Positions 7,417-15,335 of a stretch of 18,232 nucleotides of DNA are shown here, piece after piece. Position 1 is the first letter of the stretch. Every line of letters begins with the position of its first letter. Below the pieces are notes generated by a model, which saw only the letters and a list, made by a program, of their open reading frames with translations, was not told the origin of the DNA and searched no databases. Origin of the DNA: Polyangiaceae bacterium (GTDB taxonomy: Bacteria > Myxococcota_A > Polyangia > Polyangiales > Polyangiaceae); contig JBGANF010000125.1 in assembly GCA_044222475.1 (NCBI GenBank), positions 1 to 18,232 on the forward strand, in the 5' to 3' direction. The position numbers and the translations under genes were made by a program.

Positions 7417-8688
7417 GTGAGCGCGATACGAACCCTCATCGAGCGCTGGCGCGACGATCCGGGCGGCACCTATCGGACGTGGTTTCTCTGGGAGGAGCGC
7501 CTGAAGAACTTCCGGTCCATCCGCCGAGGCATCGCCGAGGTCGTCGCGGAGATCGACGCCGGCACGTTCGGGAACGTCTACAAGGGCTCGTCGCTGGAGA
7601 CCGTCGTAGGGTCGATCGCGGAGCAGCGCCGGATCTTCAAGGGCGCCGACCATGCGTTCCTCTGGAAGCCGAAGCTTCGCATCCCGGACATCTACGAAGA
7701 TCGCGAGAACCAGCTCGCGTTCGGGCGCTTCCTCGACGCGTGCGCGTGCTGCAACGAGGAGGAGGCCCTGCTCGCGGCGATCCGCCGGCTCGACGGGCGG
7801 CAGATCAAAGGGCTCGGGCCGGCCGCGGCAAACCTCCTCTACTTCCTGCATCCCACGCTCGCTCCGCCGTTCAACACGGCGATGGTGAACGGCTACAACG
7901 CGCTCACCGGCGCGCGCGTGAAGCTGGGGAAGTGGCCGGAGTACCTCGCGATGCGCGAAGGCATCCTCCGTCTCAACGCCGAGCACCGAGCCCTTCTATC
8001 GAACGACCTCGGTGCGATCGCCGGACTCCTCTTCGACATCGGAAGCAGCCGTTACGCCGCTCCCCCGCGAGACGACGACGAAGCCGCGCGAGCGGCGTGG
8101 GAGGCTGATCTCGTCCGCGTTCGCGAGGCCGCAGACAAGGACCGGAAGAAGGTTCGCGACACAGAGCAAGAGGGCGACCGGACGCATACCGAAGTCCAGA
8201 CATGGCTGCGCGATCTCGGACGCGCACTGGGCTTCGACGTCTGGGTGGCCGCAAACGATCGCGGCCGGCAGACGACCGACGGCAAGCTCGGCGACGGCTG
8301 CCTCGGCGAGCTGCCTCCTCCACTCTCGTCGAGTCCAGGCGCCGACTCGGTGCGGCTCATTGACGTGCTGTGGCTCGCGCGCGATACGGGCCGCGTCGAG
8401 GCAGCGTTCGAGGTCGAGCACACGACGTCGATCTACTCGGGGATCGTTCGCATGCTCGACCTCGCGCTCGGTGTGCCAGGTGAACCGCTTCGCGGTCTGT
8501 TCCTCGTCGCTCCCGACGATCGCGAGGACGACGTGCGCGCCCAGCTCGCGCGTCCGGCCTTCGCCCGCGTAGCGGACCTCCGCGTCCGTTACCTGCCGTA
8601 CAGCGAGCTCGCCAAGAACCGCGAGGTCATGGCGCGCTTCGGACAGGGGCTCCGTCCGATCGAAGCCGTCGCGCGCACGCTCACCTGA
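7417..8688 (+). CDS. PD-(D/E)XK-like nuclease domain protein (restriction-endonuclease-like), no cognate methyltransferase in window
   Basis: 423-aa ORF with GTG start. C-terminal HTEVQTWL..LG..LGFDVWVA..D, IDVLW, AFEVEHTTSIYSG pattern typical of REase-fold proteins. Internal CACC cluster and an IKGLGP HhH-like motif. Confidence 0.65.
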   Translation: MSAIRTLIERWRDDPGGTYRTWFLWEERLKNFRSIRRGIAEVVAEIDAGTFGNVYKGSSLETVVGSIAEQRRIFKGADHAFLWKPKLRIPDIYEDRENQLAFGRFLDACACCNEEEALLAAIRRLDGRQIKGLGPAAANLLYFLHPTLAPPFNTAMVNGYNALTGARVKLGKWPEYLAMREGILRLNAEHRALLSNDLGAIAGLLFDIGSSRYAAPPRDDDEAARAAWEADLVRVREAADKDRKKVRDTEQEGDRTHTEVQTWLRDLGRALGFDVWVAANDRGRQTTDGKLGDGCLGELPPPLSSSPGADSVRLIDVLWLARDTGRVEAAFEVEHTTSIYSGIVRMLDLALGVPGEPLRGLFLVAPDDREDDVRAQLARPAFARVADLRVRYLPYSELAKNREVMARFGQGLRPIEAVARTLT

Positions 8689-8823
8689 CTGTTGACGTCA
8701 CAGCATCCGCTTCGCGGTTTGGCGACTTTGGATGTCATGCGTCCACTCCTTGCTGATCCGATGGGCAGGACCCGAACGCGTCCGTACGTCCGGCTCCCGC
8801 AGCGCGCATACCGGCAACTTTAC

Positions 8824-8842
8824 TGTAACTCCCGGCGTTACG
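8824..8842. promoter_or_regulatory. Operator copy 3 (TGTAAC-TCCCGGC-GTTACG)
   Basis: Lies 58 nt upstream of the cytochrome c GTG at 8901. TTGACC follows at 8866. Confidence 0.7.
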
Positions 8843-8900
8843 CTCGCCCACGCGGCACGGTCGCGTTGACCCGCCGCGTATGCGATGGGAGAAGAGCCAC

Positions 8901-9464
8901 GTGAAGCGAGCATCCGCGCTCCTCGTGGCTCACCTCTCCGCAGTGACGGTCGTCGCGTCCGTCCAAGCGTGTGGCGACGCGAGCGGCTCTTCTGAAGGCG
9001 CCCCGACTGACGCCGCGGTCGACGGCGGTCGTGATCGGCAGGTGCCAACGTCTCAGGAAGACGACGCCGAGTCGGCGTGCACGCCTGGAGACGCTTCTGC
9101 CGCGACGCCACCCGACGAGTACCGCGATCGCAAGAACCCCCTCTCGTCGACCGCCGACGTCATCGCTGCGGGGCGCACGGCCTTCGCGAACCGATGCGCA
9201 CTGTGCCACGGCGACGAAGGCCGCGGCGACGGGCGTGAGGGGCCGTTCGATCCCCCGCCGGCCGACTTCACCGCGCGCCGTCGCGACGATGCGTATCTGT
9301 TCTGGCGTCTCTCGGAAGGCGGAACTGCGCTGCCGTTCTGTTCGGCGATGCCAGCGTTCAGGGATCTCTACACCGAGAGACAGCGATGGGAGCTCGTCGT
9401 CTTCATCCAGGACACCTTCGCGCCGATGGTCGATGGCGGCGCGGACGCGGCGGACGCGGACTGA
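8901..9464 (+). CDS. Monoheme class I c-type cytochrome, probable lipoprotein
   Basis: CALCH heme motif; distal Met in SAMPAF; KNPL...GRTAF and LFWRLSEG...WELVVFI pattern; lipobox-like VQA-C followed by an acidic linker. Confidence 0.85.
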   Translation: MKRASALLVAHLSAVTVVASVQACGDASGSSEGAPTDAAVDGGRDRQVPTSQEDDAESACTPGDASAATPPDEYRDRKNPLSSTADVIAAGRTAFANRCALCHGDEGRGDGREGPFDPPPADFTARRRDDAYLFWRLSEGGTALPFCSAMPAFRDLYTERQRWELVVFIQDTFAPMVDGGADAADAD

Positions 9465-9474
9465 ACGGCGAGAC

Positions 9475-10716
9475 TCACTTCGCGTCGGTCACCCTTCGCG
9501 CGACGGTGCCTTCCGGATGCTTGTACCACCCGGGATCGGCGTAGGACGTGATGCCCGCGCGGACCTTGAGAACGGTAAACATGCCGCCCATCTCGACCGG
9601 ACCGAACGGCCCTTCACCGGTCATCATCGGCAGCGTGTTCTTCGGGCGGCCCATCTCCATCATGTTGCCCATGCCGTTCTCGCCCATCGCCATGTAGCCC
9701 GGCAGGATCTTCCTGACCTTCTCTTCGAGAGCCGGCGGCTGCTTCACGCCGATCATGTTCGGGACGTCGTGGCTCATCGCGTTCATCGTGTGATGTGACT
9801 TGTGGCAGTGGAAGGCCCAGTCGCCCTCGACGTTCGCGACCATCTCGACGGTGCGCGTCGAGCCGACCGGGACGTTAACCGTCGTCTCCGGCCTTCGCGC
9901 CGACTTCGCAACGACACCGCCGTCGGTGCCGACTTCCTCGAAGGCGTAACCGTGCACGTGGATGGGATGGCTGTCCATCGACATGTTCCCGAACGTGAAG
10001 CGAGCACGTTCGCCTTTCTTCACCACCCACGGGTCGGTGCCCGGCCATACGCGGCTGTTGAACGTGAAGAGATTGAAGTCCGTCATGATGTTCGGGTTCG
10101 GCGTCGCCGTCCCAGGCGCGACGAACCACTCGTGGAGCATGACGACGAAGTGCCGGTCCACCTTCGGCGTCTCCGGCACTCTGGGATGGATGACGAAGAA
10201 GCCCATCATGCCCATCGCCATCTGCACCATCTCGTCCGAGTGCGGGTGGTACATGAAGACGCCGTGCTGCTTGAGGGTGAACTCGTAGACGTAGGTCTGG
10301 TTCGGCTCGATGTGGGGTTGGTTGAGGCCGGCGACGCCGTCCTGCCCGTTCGGTAGGAGGATGCCGTGCCAGTGCACGCTCGTCCGCTCGGGGAGCTTGT
10401 TGGTGACGTAGAAGCGGACGCGGTCCCCCTCGACGGCCTCGATGGTCGGGCCCGGCGTCGAACCGTTGTAGCCCCAGGCGTTGACCACCATGCCCTTGGC
10501 GAACTCGCGCTTCACCGGCTCGGCGGTGAGCCGGAACTCCTTCACTCCGTCCTTCATCGTGAACGGCAGCGTGGAGCCATTCGGCGTGACCACGGGCGTG
10601 TAAGGCAGCCGGGGCTTCTGGGTAGCAGAAGTCCCTTGCGCGCCAGCAAGCCGCGGCACGGCGAGGGCGAACACGAAGAGGAGCGCGGAGAGGGCGGCGC
10701 GAATCGATGGATGCAT
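9475..10716 (-). CDS. Multicopper oxidase, two cupredoxin domains plus Met-rich C-terminal tail
   Basis: ATG 10716 with RBS GAGGAAG and a signal peptide. Copper motifs VHWHG, MYHPH, HPIHVHG, HCHKSHHTMNAM. Tail YMAMGENGMGNMMEMG...MGGMF. Confidence 0.92.
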   Translation of the reverse strand: MHPSIRAALSALLFVFALAVPRLAGAQGTSATQKPRLPYTPVVTPNGSTLPFTMKDGVKEFRLTAEPVKREFAKGMVVNAWGYNGSTPGPTIEAVEGDRVRFYVTNKLPERTSVHWHGILLPNGQDGVAGLNQPHIEPNQTYVYEFTLKQHGVFMYHPHSDEMVQMAMGMMGFFVIHPRVPETPKVDRHFVVMLHEWFVAPGTATPNPNIMTDFNLFTFNSRVWPGTDPWVVKKGERARFTFGNMSMDSHPIHVHGYAFEEVGTDGGVVAKSARRPETTVNVPVGSTRTVEMVANVEGDWAFHCHKSHHTMNAMSHDVPNMIGVKQPPALEEKVRKILPGYMAMGENGMGNMMEMGRPKNTLPMMTGEGPFGPVEMGGMFTVLKVRAGITSYADPGWYKHPEGTVARRVTDAK

Positions 10717-10723
10717 GACTTCC

Positions 10724-12151
10724 TCAGTGTGAATGGGGGGACGGCGGCGCGACGGCGGCCGAGGGATTGTTGACGGCGAGCGGAGGCGGCGACCCACCGA
10801 CGCGGCCACCGACAGCTCGCTCCAGGTCGCTCTTCGCGATCCAGTAGTCGCGGAGCGCTTCGATGTACTCGCGATACGCCTCGTACTCGCTCTGCTTCGC
10901 TTGGATGAGCTGATAGACGCCAATGAGCATGGCGTCGTACTGCTCCTGGGAATAGCGCACGACGTTCTCGCGCAGCGGCACGATCACCTTGCCGAACTCC
11001 TCGACGACGCCGCGAGCCGTGAGCACGCGCGCGCGTGAGGACCGAACGTCGGCGCGCACGTCGATCGCCAGCGCCGCGAGCTCACTCTCGCCCTGCCGCT
11101 TGAAGGCCTCGAGACGCGCGATCTGCGCCTGACGTTGATCGAACAGCGGGATCTCCAGCGTCACGCTGGGGCCAAACGAGAACTTGCGATTGTGCCGAAG
11201 ACGACCGGCTTCGACACCGATGTTGACCGTCCCGACCCACCGCGTCGTCTTGGCGAGGCCGAGCGCATACTCCATCGCCTGCACGTTTCGCCGCGCAGCG
11301 CCGATGTCGAGGCGCTGACCGATCGCGACCGATTCGAGGTGTTCGAGCGGCGCTTCCTCCTTCGGGAGCTCCGGCAACCGCGCCGCCATCTTCCACGCGG
11401 TTCGCGGTCCCCATGCGCCCATCAGCTTGTTCAGCTTCTCGCGAGCGACGGCGGCTTCTCCCTCGGAGCGCTTGCGGTCGAGCGACGTCTGGGCGGCGAG
11501 TGCGAGCTCGGTGTTCAGGGCGAGATCGCTCATGTTGCCGGCTTCGTGCTGCCTACGCGCGAGCTCGGCGGACGTCTTCGAGGCCTCGTCGACGAGACGC
11601 CTCATCGCCACGACCTGCTCCGCCGCCTGCGCCGTGTAGAACGCCTCGCGGACTTGGGCCGCGAGCTCGAGGACATGATCGCCAACCTCGAGCTTCGTCG
11701 CCTCGAGCTCGGCCGCGGCGACGCGCTTGCGCATCGGCATCGTCACGAGGTCGAGGAAATCCTGCTCCACGGTCGCGAACAGGTTGGGGCTGATGTGCTC
11801 CGCCTCCCATGCGGTGCGTCCGAGCGTGAACGTGGGGTTCTTGAGCAAGCCCGCCTGTACGAGGTCTGCCTGAGAAATCGCGAGCTCCTCGAACTTCGCT
11901 TGAAGCGACGGGTTTGCGAGGAGGGCGACTTGCACGGCAGAAGATACGGTCAGCTCGTCACCTAGAAGGCGGTCGATCGCCTTCTCCGCCTCCTTGTCAT
12001 CGTCGGTCGCCTGGTTCCACCGGATCTTGTGACCCGAGCGCGTGTCGACCGCGCTCGAGACGTCCTTGAATGGCTCCCTCGGCGAAGTCGACGCGCAGCC
12101 GGCGAGGAGGGCGAGCGCGGCGGCAACGAGGGCAGTCTTTCGCGAGCTCAC
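10724..12151 (-). CDS. TolC/outer-membrane efflux protein family lipoprotein
   Basis: GTG 12151 with RBS GAGGTG; lipobox LLAG-C; ALLANPSLQA, long amphipathic helices, TLEIPLFD, DLERAVGG; ends PPHSH. Stop is 7 nt upstream of the MCO start. Confidence 0.9.
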   Translation of the reverse strand: MSSRKTALVAAALALLAGCASTSPREPFKDVSSAVDTRSGHKIRWNQATDDDKEAEKAIDRLLGDELTVSSAVQVALLANPSLQAKFEELAISQADLVQAGLLKNPTFTLGRTAWEAEHISPNLFATVEQDFLDLVTMPMRKRVAAAELEATKLEVGDHVLELAAQVREAFYTAQAAEQVVAMRRLVDEASKTSAELARRQHEAGNMSDLALNTELALAAQTSLDRKRSEGEAAVAREKLNKLMGAWGPRTAWKMAARLPELPKEEAPLEHLESVAIGQRLDIGAARRNVQAMEYALGLAKTTRWVGTVNIGVEAGRLRHNRKFSFGPSVTLEIPLFDQRQAQIARLEAFKRQGESELAALAIDVRADVRSSRARVLTARGVVEEFGKVIVPLRENVVRYSQEQYDAMLIGVYQLIQAKQSEYEAYREYIEALRDYWIAKSDLERAVGGRVGGSPPPLAVNNPSAAVAPPSPHSH

Positions 12152-12159
12152 GGCGCACC

Positions 12160-12507
12160 TCACTTCTTCGGAACGAGCTTCATGTTGCACTTGGGACACA
12201 CGCTGCCGGGCTTCGTCGAGGTCACCTCTGGGTGCATCGGACAGACGTAGACTGTCTCCCCGGCTCCCGCGTCAGTGCCCGCGGGTTGCGTCGCCGGCTG
12301 ACCCCCCGCATGACCGGCATGACCCGCATGCGCGTCGCTTGCGGAGGACGCGGGCGCAGGCGACGCTCCGGCCGGCGGAGGCGTCACGCCTTCTGCCGCA
12401 TTCGGGTTCGACGGATCGCGAGGGGAGGTCGAGACCGGTGCGGGTGAAGGCGAGCACGCGGCCAAGCCGACGCCGCCGAGACCTAACAAGAATGACCGCC
12501 GTTTCAT
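12160..12507 (-). CDS. Tat-type lipoprotein with heavy-metal-binding domain (YxCPMHP...CPKCxM)
   Basis: MKRRSFLL twin-arginine signal plus GLAA-C; HAGHAGH linker; YVCPMHPEV..KPGSVCPKCNMKLV. First gene of the HMBD-TolC-MCO operon. Confidence 0.88.
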   Translation of the reverse strand: MKRRSFLLGLGGVGLAACSPSPAPVSTSPRDPSNPNAAEGVTPPPAGASPAPASSASDAHAGHAGHAGGQPATQPAGTDAGAGETVYVCPMHPEVTSTKPGSVCPKCNMKLVPKK

Positions 12508-12608
12508 CTTCCCTCGCTCGCTGGATGCGATTGCGTGCCAGACGCACGTGCCAAGCGTTTATTACAGCTGGTCGGCGTCCAGCAGAAGTTCTTCCCGCAG
12601 CCGCAAGG

Positions 12609-12627
12609 TGTAACCGTCGTGGTCACG
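12609..12627. promoter_or_regulatory. Operator copy 4 (TGTAAC-CGTCGTG-GTCACG)
   Basis: Lies 101 nt upstream of ATG 12507 (- strand) and immediately before the DUF305 remnant on the + strand. Confidence 0.7.
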
Positions 12628-12659
12628 CCCGGCGCGGAGCGCCCCACGGCTCAGCCGCC

Positions 12660-13110
12660 TCGAGCACCGAAGCTGCTCGGGACGTCCGCGGCGCGTCGTC
12701 CTTCGACCGGCCGTTCATCGCCATGATGGTGCCGCAACGAGCAAGCGATCATGATGGCGAAGACGGCCGAGGAGCACTCCGAGCTGAACACGATCGTGCG
12801 CAGGATGATCGACGATCAGCAGCGAGAAGAACTCCATGCGCAAGCAGTGGTTCGCTTCGGAAGCAACGCCGCCGACGGAGCGAATGCCGATGCTGGCCGG
12901 GATGGACGGACAGCCGAAGATGGCCCCGAACGCGATGCACGTGCGGCTCGAGCGTTTAGAGCCTTCCGACAGGTCCTTCCTCTGACATGATGATCGAGTC
13001 CCACTGGATCGGCATTCACGCATCGGAGCTCGCGCGCTTCGAGGCGCTGAGCGCACAGTAGTTCGGCGCGATGCGAAGCTGCCCAACTTGGAACAGGAGG
13101 CGGTTCATGG
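12660..13110 (+). pseudogene. Degraded DUF305 (CopM-like, ferritin-like) gene
   Basis: Fragments across frames: SFDRPFIAMMVP / AIMMAKTAEEHSELNTIVRRMIDDQQRE / MRKQWF..MPMLAGMDG..M / DRSF / MMIESHWIGIHASELAR followed by TAG. Several frameshifts, and no start or signal peptide. Boundaries approximate. Confidence 0.7.
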
Positions 13111-13241
13111 CCCGTCGTGAGACCGAGACCGATCGTCTCGACGATGTCACGTCGTCGGATCGGTCACCTGCCTGCAACGGCTTCGAAGCGCGCCCATCGG
13201 CTCACTCAGACTCTGCCGCGTGGTCGTGCAGCGTAGCCGCG

Positions 13242-13260
13242 TGTAACTTGCGCGGTTACG
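13242..13260. promoter_or_regulatory. Operator copy 5 (TGTAAC-TTGCGCG-GTTACG)
   Basis: Lies 83 nt upstream of ATG 13344. Confidence 0.7.
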
Positions 13261-13307
13261 ATTGCAGGCGCCGCATGCTCGTCGGTGCACGGGACCAGCG
13301 GCTTTCG

Positions 13308-13337
13308 TTGACGCGACCAGGTACCGCGCGGTAGAAG
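13308..13337 (+). promoter_or_regulatory. Candidate sigma70-type promoter TTGACG-N18-TAGAAG, possibly giving a leaderless mRNA
   Basis: The -10-like hexamer ends 6 nt before ATG 13344 and there is no clear Shine-Dalgarno. Confidence 0.4.
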
Positions 13338-13343
13338 AACTGC

Positions 13344-13787
13344 ATGAACTCGCGATTCGTCTGTGTGGGGGTCATGCTCGTGGCGGCGCTGGCTGCCTGC
13401 GGTGACGACAAGGGCTCCTCGACGTCCTCCTCCGGCGGATCGAGCTCGGGGGCGACCTCCTCCTCTTCTGGAGGAACCTCGAGCGGTGGCACGGACACGG
13501 ACGCCGGCACGACGACGAAGGCGGCGGGCCCGACGATCACCACCATCGCGAAGATGATGGGCGCCCTCCATGTCATGTGGGAGCTGCCGGCGACGTGCGA
13601 CGGCGTCGAGCTCGAGCGGAAGGACGGTACTGCCGAGTACAAGGTCGTCTACAAGCTGCCGGGCGACGTCGACAACAAGCACGATGTCGCTGCGACGGCC
13701 AACATGCTCTACACGTACCGTGCGCGCTGCAAGGTCGGCGCGGACTACTCCGAGTACTCGAACGAGAAGAGCATGAACCCGATGTGA
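13344..13787 (+). CDS. Small lipoprotein with Ser/Gly linker and fibronectin type III-like domain
   Basis: Lipobox ALAA-C; SSSGG linker; FN3-like pattern LHVMW...VELERK...YTYRARC...YSEYSNE; contains MM, two His and two Cys. Confidence 0.75.
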   Translation: MNSRFVCVGVMLVAALAACGDDKGSSTSSSGGSSSGATSSSSGGTSSGGTDTDAGTTTKAAGPTITTIAKMMGALHVMWELPATCDGVELERKDGTAEYKVVYKLPGDVDNKHDVAATANMLYTYRARCKVGADYSEYSNEKSMNPM

Positions 13788-13812
13788 TTGGCTCGTGAGT
13801 GGGAGGTTCGAC

Positions 13813-15248
13813 ATGAAACGTCTGTCCGAGGGCCTGCTCGTCTGCAGTGTGCTCGCCGTCGTCGTCGCGGAGGTTGTTCGACTCACGATGCCGCGGGACA
13901 CGGCGACGACCATGGGGGCGTCGTCGCGCCTGCAGGCCCCCCGACGGACGCGAGCGAGCTCACCCCCGCCGAGGACAAGAACCCGGACCCCAGCGTCTTC
14001 GAGATCGATCTCGAGGCGCGTGAGGCGATGAAGACGTTCGGCACGTCGCCGCCGACGCCGGTGTGGACGTACAACGGCATCACGCCCGCTCCGCTCATCG
14101 ACACCAAGGTCGGCGATCGTCTCGTCGTGCACTTCAAGAACTCGTTGCCCGAGCCGACCACCATCCACTGGCACGGCATCCGCCTCCCCGCCGCGATGGA
14201 CGGCACGCTCGCGATGCAGAACCCCATCCCGCCGGGCGGGACGTTCACGTACGAGTTCACGCTGAAGGACGCCGGCCTCTTCTGGTTCCACCCGCACATC
14301 CGCTCGGACATCCAGGTGCAGAAGGGACTCTACGGCGCGCTGCGCGTCCGCGGGGCGAACGAGCCCGCCGCGGATATCGAGCGCCTGCTCGTCCTCGACG
14401 ACATCAAGCTCGACAAGGACGGCAAGGTCACCGAGTACCTCGACGACCACTCGCTCATGATGGGACGCGAGGGCAACACCCTCCTCGTCAACGGCATCAC
14501 GAATGCGCGAGTCTCGATCGAGCCCGGCGCGCTCGTCCGACTCCGCATCGTGAACGTCGCGAACGGTCGGTTCTTCAACCTTCGGATCCCGGACCGGAAG
14601 CTCCGCGTGATCGGCACCGACGGCGGTCTGATCCCCAAGCCCTACGACGTCAACACGCTGCTCGTGTCGCCGGGCGAACGCTACGACGTCATGTTCGTCG
14701 CGAACGCCGAGCCCGGCAGCGAGCTCCCGCTCATGACCGAGCCATACGAGCGCGGCCACGAGTCGGGCAAGCTGCCTGCGGCCGAGGTCGCTCGATTCAA
14801 GGTGGGCACTACGTCGGTGCTCGCTCCGAAGCCGCTACCGACGGCGTTCCCCGACATCGAGAGACTGCCGGACGGCGCGGTGGACTTCCCGATCCGTCTC
14901 AACGAGAAGATCATCGACGGTCAGACGATGTTCACCATCAACGACGCGGTCCATCCGAACGTCGCCGCGATCGTCGCGAAGAACGGCGACGTCCGCGTGC
15001 TCGACGTCACGAACGAGAGCGAGATGGACCACCCGTTCCACCTGCACGGCTTCTTCTTCCAGGTGCTGGCCAAGAACGGCGTCGCGCTGCCGGCAGAGGC
15101 GCTTGCGAACAAGGACACGGTCGTCGTTCCGGCGAAGACGTCCCTCAAGCTCGTGTCCCGCTTGGACGAGCCTGGCTCGTGGATGTACCACTGTCACATT
15201 CTCGAGCATGCCGAGCACGGGATGATGGGCGAGCTGCGCGTCGAGTAG
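13813..15248 (+). CDS. Three-domain multicopper oxidase lipoprotein with a frameshift in the signal peptide (~13868); pseudogene or sequence error
   Basis: RBS GGGAGG (13801-13806) and ATG 13813 give MKRLSEGLLVCSVLAVVVA, while GGC-STHDAAGHGDDH and the oxidase continue in another frame from 13869. Copper motifs IHWHG, WFHPH, HPFHLHG and HCHILEHAEHGMM are intact. Confidence 0.88.
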
Positions 15249-15250
15249 CG

Positions 15251-15269
15251 TGTAACCGGGGCGGCCACG
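15251..15269. promoter_or_regulatory. Operator copy 6 (TGTAAC-CGGGGCG-GCCACG)
   Basis: Lies in the 87-nt gap between the two tandem MCOs, followed by TTGACG-N16-TAAGAA (15282-15309). The right half-site has one extra mismatch. Confidence 0.6.
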
Positions 15270-15335
15270 CAGAACCCGGGATTGACGAGGAGGGGATCTC
15301 GGGTAAGAACTCGGCCGGCCTCGGAGGGCCGCGCC

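Noticed and set aside
7285..7986. Long N-terminus of the 352-aa minus ORF (6928..7986)
   Set aside because: Antisense shadow of the nuclease-like gene; only the part below ~7284 is CMD-like.
9945..9963. Lone GTAAC/GTTAC words (also near 4864, 5526, 8588) as extra operator copies
   Set aside because: They lie inside or at the end of coding sequence and have no matching half-site at the 7-nt spacing.
12525..12553. Two TGGCACG words on the minus strand upstream of the HMBD-TolC-MCO operon as a sigma54 promoter
   Set aside because: The GG-to-GC spacing is 9 nt for one and 12 nt for the other, and sigma54 needs 10. It would be worth revisiting only if an indel error is found.
13410..13500. TCC/TCG/GGC-rich low-complexity tract as a DNA repeat
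   Set aside because: Explained by the Ser/Gly linker of the lipoprotein; the codons vary.
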